Source of the DNA: a bacterium
Lineage (GTDB): Bacteria > UBA8248
Reading direction: 5' to 3'
Assembly: GCA_965261085.1 (NCBI GenBank)
Contig: OZ253442.1
Coordinates: 2,848,001-2,912,000, forward strand
Length of the DNA: 64,000 bases
Below are positions 10,422 through 19,173 of this stretch, in pieces. The notes beneath the pieces were generated by a model. It was not told the origin of the DNA, made no database searches, and worked only from the letters and a program-made list of their open reading frames with translations. The translations under genes and the position numbers were made by a program. How positions within the stretch are numbered: position 1 is the stretch's first letter; every line of letters starts with the position of its first letter.

Positions 10422-13163
10422 TTATGACACGATGGCACCTATCGGGCGCCCTTCTTCAAGAATTTCGCTCAGATGTGCGCACAACTCCTTAAGTCTCCTT
10501 GTATCCTCGATTTTTTCACCACTATCTTCCGTGATATAAAAAGCGTCTACTGCGCATTGGCCCTCCGTGGTGATTTTGGCCCGTGAGATAGATATCCCCT
10601 CATGCACAAAGAATTGCGCAATTTGAGCCAGCAGGCCGTGCCGGTCCGGTGCAACAACTTCTAGAACCGTCGCATCCTCACTCGCAGTCTGGTCGAATTC
10701 TACAAGTATCGGCAAATCGAACGACATCCGTTTTTTCAGCCGTAGATATTTTTTGCTCCTGCCGAGAAATTCCAATAATTCCAGTTCGCCTGATAGCAAC
10801 TGCTCCAAGGATTTTCGGAATTTTTTCCAAAGACCTTCATCGACGACGGCCTTTCCCTCGGAATCTACTACCTCGAACGTATCTATTACCAAACCATCTT
10901 CGCGTGTATATACTTTCGCGTCCAAAATGTTGAGTTCGTACACCGCAAACGCGCCGGCTACAAGTGCGAACAAACCCAGTTGATCCTTGCACAACAGCGT
11001 CAAGAGTGTATTTCCCCGTTTTCTGCGATGCGTGATATCGATCTCGCATATTGTTTCATCTGAAAGACGGACTCCAAGCTCGATATGACGCAGGATATCT
11101 TGTGGTGGAGTTCCCATACGATATCTATCCGGCATGGACTCCATATGTCTGGCGATTTCCTCGCGCCCTATACGGCTTCCTCCCGCCCTCGCTTCCAAAC
11201 TTACCTGCTCTACAATGTCTTCCCTGCGCTTTTTCCTGTACAAATCCTCTCCCGTTTCCATTACCCTGAGCACCCGCTTGTACAATTCGTATATCAAAGC
11301 GCTTCGCCATTCATTCCAGATGCCGGGAGCAACGGCGGATATATCTGCATATGTCAAGAGATAAAGCATTTGGAGTCTTTCCACCGTCCCCATTTTATCG
11401 GCGAAATTGCTGATCAAGACAGGATCGTCGATATCACGTCTTTCAGCCGTGATGCTCATTTCAATATGGCAAGCCACTAAAAATTCGATGATGCTCCCCT
11501 GATCCGCCGGCAGACCCATGCGCATAATGATATCGGGAAGCGCAGATGAACTCTTATGCACATGCCTCGGTCCTCTCGCTTTTCCAATATCGTGAAACAA
11601 AAGCGCAAGCCTCAATATATTCGTACGTTCCATCTCTCTATGGATATAGGCCACATGCTGCAAGGATACATCTTTCGTATATGTAAGCTCATCCAATGCA
11701 GCTAACGTCAACAAAGTATGCTCATCCGCTGTATACCGATGATAGTGATCGTACTGAACAAAACATGTCAGAGGTTCAAACTCGGGGATATAACACCCCA
11801 GCAAACCTAGGCCGTGCATTTCGTGCATAGTGGTCGTCACACCGGCTTTGCCATTCAATATCCGCAAGAAGCTGTCCCTTACGTCAGGCGAAGCGCGAAA
11901 ATTGTCATCGACAGTATCCAGGTGGGCTCGAACAAAGTTTCTCACATTCGGCGATAAGCGACACCCGAAACGATACTGACACTCGAATATTTTCATTAAG
12001 CCTGTAGGGGTTTCAAGTATTGCTCGAGAATTAGACTCATCCAGCACAAGCGTATGATAGTCCTGCAAAGCCAATCCATTTTTCAGGGGCTGGAGCTTCG
12101 GTTTTCTATTGACCCATCTTCTGCTCTTCAGATGGTCTTCAAGGGTTTCAAAAAAATCACGGCAAAAAATATGCAGGTCCCTGGCATGTAAGAAGTAGTC
12201 ACGCATCAAACATTCACTAGCCAATGCGCTTTCCTCATCTTCATAACCTAATGCAGGAGCGATCTCCGCTTGGGCTGGGAAGTTTAGCGTATCGTTTTTA
12301 GCTTTTGCGCGTACATGCAGTTGAGCACGTATCCGAAGAAGAAAATCATACGCTTTCATTGCTTTTTGGAACTCTGCTTGTGGCACCCAACCCTTACGCC
12401 ATATCTCATCCATTTCTTTAAGGCCGAAAGCCTTAGCCAACCAGCAAACAGCATGGAAATCCCGCAAGCCCCCGGCACTTTCTTTCACGTTGGGCTCAAG
12501 GACATAAACCGACGGATCCCATGAGCGATATCGCCTCATTCGTTCTTCAAGTCGATTTCGAAGGTGCGAACTTTTCGCAACACGCTGCAGGTAACCATCG
12601 AATTTCTTATTGAATTCTCGAAAAACTTCATCGCTGCCCGCCAATAATCGATTTTCCAACATGGCGGTTTCGCTTTGGTAATCTTCCTTGGCAATTTTCA
12701 GACAATTGGAAATGGTTCTGGCACTATGACCTATTGTAAGACCTGCATCCCACATGAGATACAAGACAGAGCGTATCAATTCGCTGATTTGCCCCTCATG
12801 CCCAGAAAACAAAAACAGTAGATCGATATCCGAACCAGGAGACAATTCCCCCCGTCCATATCCACCAATGGCAACTAAAGCACATGGAAACGCCTGATCG
12901 GTATTGCCGGACTTTCTTCTTTCTCCCTCTAAAGCGTAAGTATAGACCTGAAAAATATACACATCTATAAAATTTGCATGCGCTTCACATAACTCATATC
13001 CACCCGCACCCTCATGCTGCGCATTGCATATATACTCTCCGGCCTGCGCGTAAGCCTCTTTGATATAGCGGAGAAAAACGCTTCGCCCCCAGCCACCAGC
13101 AGCAAAAGTTGTTTCCCGAATATCGTTTTGAAGTTTTAATAGATTATTGAGAGATGGTGTCAT
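10422..13163 (-). CDS. glnD: [Protein-PII] uridylyltransferase/uridylyl-removing enzyme
   Basis: AIGGYGRGELSPGSDIDL nucleotidyltransferase motif, EPNVKESAGGLRD, HRYTADEH / HDIGKARG HD domain, two C-terminal ACT domains. Confidence 0.97.
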   Translation of the reverse strand: MTPSLNNLLKLQNDIRETTFAAGGWGRSVFLRYIKEAYAQAGEYICNAQHEGAGGYELCEAHANFIDVYIFQVYTYALEGERRKSGNTDQAFPCALVAIGGYGRGELSPGSDIDLLFLFSGHEGQISELIRSVLYLMWDAGLTIGHSARTISNCLKIAKEDYQSETAMLENRLLAGSDEVFREFNKKFDGYLQRVAKSSHLRNRLEERMRRYRSWDPSVYVLEPNVKESAGGLRDFHAVCWLAKAFGLKEMDEIWRKGWVPQAEFQKAMKAYDFLLRIRAQLHVRAKAKNDTLNFPAQAEIAPALGYEDEESALASECLMRDYFLHARDLHIFCRDFFETLEDHLKSRRWVNRKPKLQPLKNGLALQDYHTLVLDESNSRAILETPTGLMKIFECQYRFGCRLSPNVRNFVRAHLDTVDDNFRASPDVRDSFLRILNGKAGVTTTMHEMHGLGLLGCYIPEFEPLTCFVQYDHYHRYTADEHTLLTLAALDELTYTKDVSLQHVAYIHREMERTNILRLALLFHDIGKARGPRHVHKSSSALPDIIMRMGLPADQGSIIEFLVACHIEMSITAERRDIDDPVLISNFADKMGTVERLQMLYLLTYADISAVAPGIWNEWRSALIYELYKRVLRVMETGEDLYRKKRREDIVEQVSLEARAGGSRIGREEIARHMESMPDRYRMGTPPQDILRHIELGVRLSDETICEIDITHRRKRGNTLLTLLCKDQLGLFALVAGAFAVYELNILDAKVYTREDGLVIDTFEVVDSEGKAVVDEGLWKKFRKSLEQLLSGELELLEFLGRSKKYLRLKKRMSFDLPILVEFDQTASEDATVLEVVAPDRHGLLAQIAQFFVHEGISISRAKITTEGQCAVDAFYITEDSGEKIEDTRRLKELCAHLSEILEEGRPIGAIVS

Positions 13164-13175
13164 CGGAAGATATCG

Positions 13176-13532
<357 letters not shown>

Positions 13533-13566
13533 TCAAGTGAAAGTTCTAATGGGATGATTTCCACCG

Positions 13567-13594
13567 ACTATAACACGCCGCGTTTGGTCGTCAA
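13567..13594 (-). promoter_or_regulatory. Putative sigma70 promoter of glnB-glnD(-glnA)
   Basis: Minus strand reads TTGACG-N16-TATAGT with an extended -10 TG, about 50 nt upstream of glnB. Confidence 0.55.
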
Positions 13595-13851
13595 TCAATA
13601 AACCGCATGAATGACAGCTCCCTACTCTCTAAAACGCTGTTTTTACACCAACTATGTTTCCGTGGTGTTACATAGAGAGCATGAACGATTTCAGATGTTT
13701 GGCAAATCTCCGGAATTTCCTCGGTCCGCAACACAGAGCGGTTGCATCGTGCATGGCTTTTCCATACAATTCTTTTGCTTTTTTGAGAACTGACTATATG
13801 CGAGTTGATTTAAAGACCTTTTATTCGTTTTCAATGAGGATAGGCTAAGTA

Positions 13852-14172
13852 ATGGAATGTACTCTTTTAGAAGCAACTATAGAATGTCATTTTGCATCGA
13901 AAGGCCCCAATGGCCAAAATAAATGCTCATATAATGGGAGTTCCTGCTTACCCATCGTGGAGGAATGCCTTTCGGGTGATGATGAGAAAGCATGCGAGCA
14001 TATCTTGGAACTTCCAAAAGGAAAATTTTGCGCTAAATTCCCTAATCCGGAAAATCGCTGGGAGCGTGGCAGATGCCCCCTGGCAACGCATATCAAATTA
14101 GACTTTGAAGCCCCTCTAGAGAAGAAACTTAACCCACTGAAAGCTTCGAAACGAGCTGCAAGAGGTAATTAA
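13852..14172 (+). CDS. PxxKW-family small cysteine-rich protein
   Basis: CSYNGSSCLPIVEEC...FC..FPNP..RW..G.CPLATH...KKLNPLKASKR, the pattern I recognise from deltaproteobacterial PxxKW proteins. Confidence 0.8.
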   Translation: MECTLLEATIECHFASKGPNGQNKCSYNGSSCLPIVEECLSGDDEKACEHILELPKGKFCAKFPNPENRWERGRCPLATHIKLDFEAPLEKKLNPLKASKRAARGN

Positions 14173-14209
14173 CGAACAAATATCAAGAAATCGGCTCTGC
14201 TCCCCCTGT

Positions 14210-14262
14210 TCCTCAAAAAAACCACGCGCGCTCAAAGAGAGCGCGCGTGGTTTTTTTGAGGA
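14210..14262. terminator. Bidirectional intrinsic terminator
   Basis: Perfect 24-bp arms TCCTCAAAAAAACCACGCGCGCTC / GAGCGCGCGTGGTTTTTTTGAGGA with a 5-nt loop, between convergent genes. Confidence 0.9.
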
Positions 14263-14273
14263 GCGCACGAACG

Positions 14274-15992
14274 CTACGCAACCAAAAGAGCTAAAACCCC
14301 AGCAATTATAAATATCTGATCAGTCACCGCTTCCATGAGTCCACTATGTCCCAAGATCTTTTGTGTATACCAGTATAGACATGCACCTGCATAAATAACC
14401 GGAATGAGCATGGAATAACCAAACAATGGAGCCACCCATTCATTAATGGAAGCACTTATAAGAACGACGGCTAATGCTGCACAAATCACTCCTAAAAGCG
14501 CTTCTGTCTGTCCCTTTCCTAGAACAATCGGTAAGGTCCTTTTACCCACGATTCGATCGCCTTGAATATCTCTCAATTCCATCAGGCCGGTTCGGAAAAA
14601 AATCAAACCGAAGGCGACAAATATGGATATTACCCAACCAGCGGAAATCAACTGAGAATTCGCTAATGCAGGCAAAATCGCCATGCTAAAGGCCCAGCCC
14701 GATGTAAGAACCAAGATTTTCAAGGCCGGAAAATTCATTACCCTTCCCACAAGTGCCCGGGGTTCGAGCTTTAGACTACAGAAAATGGCCCAAATTAATC
14801 CCGCGACCATAATGCCCCCAGTCAAATAAGAGACACTGATACCGAACAAGATAGAGACAAAAGCAGCGATGCCACCCAAGGACAATAATTTGCTTTTGTG
14901 TTTTTCGTAAAATTGAGCTCGATTAGGCTCGTTGTACCTATCCGCCTCATAGCTAACACAACGATTGATAGTATGAGCGGCGAAAAGGTAAAGACCTGCC
15001 GTTATGGCAAGTTTTATCGAGAGGGGAAACCCACCTAATATCGTGATGGCGATACTACCTAATAATGCCGACAAGAAAAGAAGCACATTTGCTCTCGACA
15101 AAACTTTGATGATATCAAAAATCTTATCTCCAATATTTGGATTTGGATCGGGAATCGCCTCAATTCGATTCACGACACGCCTGATCATCCAATCGGGTGT
15201 GGAGGCACCCGCTGTAACAGCAATGTTTTTATATTTCTGTAAAAATTTCTCATCAATCTCATCTTCAGTTTCAATGAGAATAGAATCCGCGCCCCCTTCC
15301 TTCGCCACTTCCACCAAGCGGTTTGTGTTGCCGCTGTTGCGACCTCCGACGACGACCATCAGGTCAATATCGGGCGCGAGTTTCTTTACCTCTTCCTGAC
15401 GAACCTCCGTTGCATCACAAATCGTATTAAACATTTGGGCTTGGGGGTATTTCCGTAAAATCGCTTCTTCCACATCTTTCCATTCACGCATGTTAATAGT
15501 CGTCTGCGCGACCACCACGACGGGGCGATCACCAATGTCCGGAAACCCGGACACATCTTCCATGCAGGTTATCAAGTGGCTGCCGGCCTCCGCATAGCCT
15601 CTATGACCCTCCACCTCCGGGTGGCTTTCTTCGCCGATGATCACCGTGAATGCGCCCATGCGAGAATGTTTTCTGATGACCCCGTGCACCTTGGCGACCA
15701 GAGGACATGTTGCGTCCCTAATCCCGGCGCCCGAACTTCTTAAACGATCACGAACTTGCGGCGAGATGCCATGCGCCCTAATGACGACCAGGCTCGTACT
15801 ACTTGGCGTCTCCTGAGGATCAGACACAAAAACACTTTTCTCTTCCAACAATTCCACAGTTTGCGGGTTATGAATTAGCGGCCCATGCGTGAGAACTTCG
15901 CGGGATGTGTCATTGGCCGTATCCAAGACGATATCGAGCGCTCTTTCCACTCCCCAGCAGAAACCAGCCGTCTTAGCTAGCTTGACTCTCAA
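14274..15992 (-). CDS. ispH: IspH (HMBPP reductase) fused to a UbiA-like membrane prenyltransferase domain
   Basis: N-terminal ~280 aa: AGFCWGV, LIHN, IRAHG, DATCPLV, HPEV, QTT, NTICDAT, SGNT, AGASTP. C-terminal ~290 aa is multi-TM with DRYNEP.R and ELRDIQGDRIVG..TLP. TTG start with AGGAGG. Confidence 0.9.
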   Translation of the reverse strand: MRVKLAKTAGFCWGVERALDIVLDTANDTSREVLTHGPLIHNPQTVELLEEKSVFVSDPQETPSSTSLVVIRAHGISPQVRDRLRSSGAGIRDATCPLVAKVHGVIRKHSRMGAFTVIIGEESHPEVEGHRGYAEAGSHLITCMEDVSGFPDIGDRPVVVVAQTTINMREWKDVEEAILRKYPQAQMFNTICDATEVRQEEVKKLAPDIDLMVVVGGRNSGNTNRLVEVAKEGGADSILIETEDEIDEKFLQKYKNIAVTAGASTPDWMIRRVVNRIEAIPDPNPNIGDKIFDIIKVLSRANVLLFLSALLGSIAITILGGFPLSIKLAITAGLYLFAAHTINRCVSYEADRYNEPNRAQFYEKHKSKLLSLGGIAAFVSILFGISVSYLTGGIMVAGLIWAIFCSLKLEPRALVGRVMNFPALKILVLTSGWAFSMAILPALANSQLISAGWVISIFVAFGLIFFRTGLMELRDIQGDRIVGKRTLPIVLGKGQTEALLGVICAALAVVLISASINEWVAPLFGYSMLIPVIYAGACLYWYTQKILGHSGLMEAVTDQIFIIAGVLALLVA

Positions 15993-16095
15993 TTACACTC
16001 CTCCTGAGCGAAATGTAAAATCTAATATGCCTATTCCCAAATTCACGCTCACACACTATAGTCCTACTTTCGAATGATATGCAATAAATATTAAA

Positions 16096-16641
16096 TCAGC
16101 TTTCATCCGGAAAGTGAGGTCGTTCAAACCGAAATTCAATGATCGGCGGCGCATTTTTTATGCGGGCTAACTCGGAGATTCGAAACCAACCTCCGGAATT
16201 ATCCAGAATCACCTCTCCAACAGTCCTAGGGAGATCAAATCTCCTCGGACCGCAGCTACCGGGGTTAAAAAATACGGTCTTATCTATCATTCGGCAAAGC
16301 GGCTGATGAGTATGACCGAAAACCACCAAATCCATCGCTTCATGTTTAAGAAGCACTTGTATTTCTCGAGATGGGCCTCCCCTGTGCCAAACAATATGCT
16401 GAATCATAATGCGCCAACCTGCTATAACGGTTTTCGAATTCATTGGTGCCAAACCAGATCCATCCATGTTCCCCGAAACACAGATGACTGGTGCGATGCT
16501 CTCGAGTTCCGGCAAGATAAAATCAGAACACACATCGCCAGCATGAAGGATATGGTCTACATCCTGACAATATTCGAGCACTTCTTGTGGAAGTCGACCA
16601 TGTGTATCCGACAACACGCATAATCTGACACTCGAAGTCAT
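16096..16641 (-). CDS. YfcE/MJ0936-family metallophosphoesterase
   Basis: SDTH, HAGD, GNMD, FGHTH, NPGS motifs. Confidence 0.9.
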   Translation of the reverse strand: MTSSVRLCVLSDTHGRLPQEVLEYCQDVDHILHAGDVCSDFILPELESIAPVICVSGNMDGSGLAPMNSKTVIAGWRIMIQHIVWHRGGPSREIQVLLKHEAMDLVVFGHTHQPLCRMIDKTVFFNPGSCGPRRFDLPRTVGEVILDNSGGWFRISELARIKNAPPIIEFRFERPHFPDES

Positions 16642-16838
16642 TGCCTATCGCCCCGCATGCCTCTTCAACGCAAGATGTTAAATAGAACTCTTGCTTCCTC
16701 AAGATGAATTAAAGGTGTATATCCCTCAAGCAGAAGAATCACAATTTGCATGTTTACGCACAAAGCCCTCGAAAATTAAATATCCTACCCCACTATTTGG
16801 GAAGGCAACCAAGACATTTCCAAAACACAAAAAAAAAG

Positions 16839-17699
16839 TTAACTCTTCGATCTTCCTCCCAATACGATACCCATCAATATGATAGAACAAGCGAAAAGCC
16901 GACTGGATGCAGGAATTTCATGAAGCAACCACCAAGCCAATCCTGTAGCTACTAATGGCTCTCCCACAACTGCAAGCGCCACTTTTCCCGGGTGTAAATG
17001 TCCCAACGCATAGTTGATAGAGGTATGCCCGATCAATGTCGGGCCAAGTATCATGGCGAATAAGAGAAACCAAGTATTGCTGGAATATCCGCTGAGAGGT
17101 TGTTCCAGAATTAAGGCAGCACCGAAAAGCAAAATCCCACTGAATCCATAACACCCCGTCACATATGTCGCCACGGGAATTTTTATTCTCAGTTTTCGGC
17201 CACATAGCATATAGGCAGAAGCCATCACGGCCGCAGACAACGCGAGAGAATTTCCCCAGAAGCTACCTCCCCAGCCTACAAAGTCAGAATATGCCAGAGT
17301 TGCACTGCCCCCAATCACCATCACTACGCCGAGCCAAAAATTCCGCCCCTCCTTTTCTCCTAAAAGAACGATTCCGCCAATGCCTGCAAATATGGGGTTG
17401 GTCGTAGCAAGCACAACGGAACTTGCCACAGACGTATGTGAAAGCGACTCGATCCAAAACGCAAAATGAAACGCCAAAAAAATACCGGATCCCACCCAAA
17501 TGATCTTCTCTTTACGAGACAAAGTGCCCCATAAATTCATGACGTTCTTTATTGTAAACGGCAACAACAATAATGCTCCGCCTCCCATGCGATATGCCGC
17601 TATCGCCAAAGGTTCGGCATCCGCCAATCTTATTAGAATAGCGGAAAAGCCAAGGGCGATGACCCCGACGAACAAATAGAAATACACGGGAATTTTCAT
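16839..17699 (-). CDS. DMT/EamA-family transporter
   Basis: About 10 TM helices in two EamA repeats; HFAFWIESL..TSVASSVVL, GHTSIN, EPL.A. Confidence 0.9.
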   Translation of the reverse strand: MKIPVYFYLFVGVIALGFSAILIRLADAEPLAIAAYRMGGGALLLLPFTIKNVMNLWGTLSRKEKIIWVGSGIFLAFHFAFWIESLSHTSVASSVVLATTNPIFAGIGGIVLLGEKEGRNFWLGVVMVIGGSATLAYSDFVGWGGSFWGNSLALSAAVMASAYMLCGRKLRIKIPVATYVTGCYGFSGILLFGAALILEQPLSGYSSNTWFLLFAMILGPTLIGHTSINYALGHLHPGKVALAVVGEPLVATGLAWWLLHEIPASSRLFACSIILMGIVLGGRSKS

Positions 17700-17750
17700 G
17701 CTTCTAAAAACCAGATATCGATAAAGTGATACTTTGGATTTGGAAGATTC

Positions 17751-18533
17751 CTAAAAATCATTCATGAACTGCGAGATCAAATCCCCGACTATCCCTGGTT
17801 GCTCCAGCATCACCATGTGTCCAGATTGCGGCACAATGGATAATTTCGCATTTGGAATCCTATCAGACATAAACTGCGAATATTTCGGAGGGGTTAAAAG
17901 ATCATCTTCTCCACATAAGATCAAAGTGGGCGTAGTAATAGATTCCAATTCGGAGAGAACGTCAAACCGATCGCACGCAATAAAATCACCGTGGAGTGTA
18001 CCCGCGTGACATTTTGACAAACTTCGAGTGCTCTCCCGGATAAGAGATGGGTCAGCTGTCGGGGAAAAAGCATAGCCAATAATTTCATCCACAGTTGCAT
18101 CAAAATCACTTTTGACACCCCCTAAAATTGAATCCTTCACTCTAAGTTTCGCGCCTGAGCCAATAAGAATGACACCTCTCAATAATTCAGCTTTCGACAT
18201 AACACTTGCCAGAACTACTGCACCACCCATGGAATGGCCAGCTAGATAAACTGACTTCAATTTCTTAGCTTCCAGGAATTCAAGAACAACTCGACTGTAT
18301 TCTTTGACATCCGAGATTTGGGCTACATCAGACTCGCCATGACCGGGCAATTCTAGGGCAAAGCAACCCACACCCCGTCCTGCTAAATTGTGCATTAAGC
18401 GAATCCAGCTATCCCGATCCCCCCCCGCACCATGAATGCACACGACAACACTGCCTGAATCCTGGGGACCAGCCTCGCAATAAGCAATTCTATAATCGGA
18501 TAAACTTAGAGTACCAGGACGTAACCAAGACAA
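17751..18533 (-). CDS. Alpha/beta hydrolase
   Basis: HGAGG, LPGHG.S, GHSMGG nucleophile elbow, GEDD..TP, SGHM. Confidence 0.9.
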   Translation of the reverse strand: MSWLRPGTLSLSDYRIAYCEAGPQDSGSVVVCIHGAGGDRDSWIRLMHNLAGRGVGCFALELPGHGESDVAQISDVKEYSRVVLEFLEAKKLKSVYLAGHSMGGAVVLASVMSKAELLRGVILIGSGAKLRVKDSILGGVKSDFDATVDEIIGYAFSPTADPSLIRESTRSLSKCHAGTLHGDFIACDRFDVLSELESITTPTLILCGEDDLLTPPKYSQFMSDRIPNAKLSIVPQSGHMVMLEQPGIVGDLISQFMNDF

Positions 18534-18562
18534 GAAGAGAGTTTCCCTAAGTTGTCGGCTAG

Positions 18563-18904
18563 CTATAGGTGAGAGACCTGAAGGGCACGATCAATGGCGG
18601 CCTTCAAATCGGCTTTGGATTTCACTCCTACGACCTGCTCTACAACCTCACCCCCCTTAAACAACATCAAGGTTGGAATGCCGCGGATTCCGAATCTCGT
18701 CGGAACAGATGGATTTTCATCAATATTCAACTTCCCGATGCGAACTTTTCCTGCGTATTCTTGGGCAAGCGCTTCAACCGTAGGCGCAATCATTTTGCAA
18801 GGAGCACACCATTCCGCCCAAAAATCGACTAATGTGGGCGTATCTGATCCGATCACGTCCGTCTCGAAATTCTGGTCCGTAAACTCGAAAACACCTTCCG
18901 CCAT
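18563..18904 (-). CDS. trxA: Thioredoxin
   Basis: VDFWAEWCAPCK, GIPTL; start placed at ATG 18904 after GGAGG. Confidence 0.95.
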   Translation of the reverse strand: MAEGVFEFTDQNFETDVIGSDTPTLVDFWAEWCAPCKMIAPTVEALAQEYAGKVRIGKLNIDENPSVPTRFGIRGIPTLMLFKGGEVVEQVVGVKSKADLKAAIDRALQVSHL

Positions 18905-19173
18905 TTCATTTCCTCCAGGATCAGAATCTACCGGGCCAAAAAAATCACTCAAGCAATCAATAAGTTTCTAGAAAAACCATGTCAACAATCTTAATCACAG
19001 ATAAACTTGACATCTTTTCAACCAGTGAACGTGGAGCATCATTCCTCATAGACTGATAGGCGTCAACTCCACTTTTCCAACTGCATAACCGGATTTTCTC
19101 TGATTCCAAAACCTACATCACTTACCATGTCTTTAAGGAAAAGATAACGAACAAAAAAGGGTATATCAAAAAT

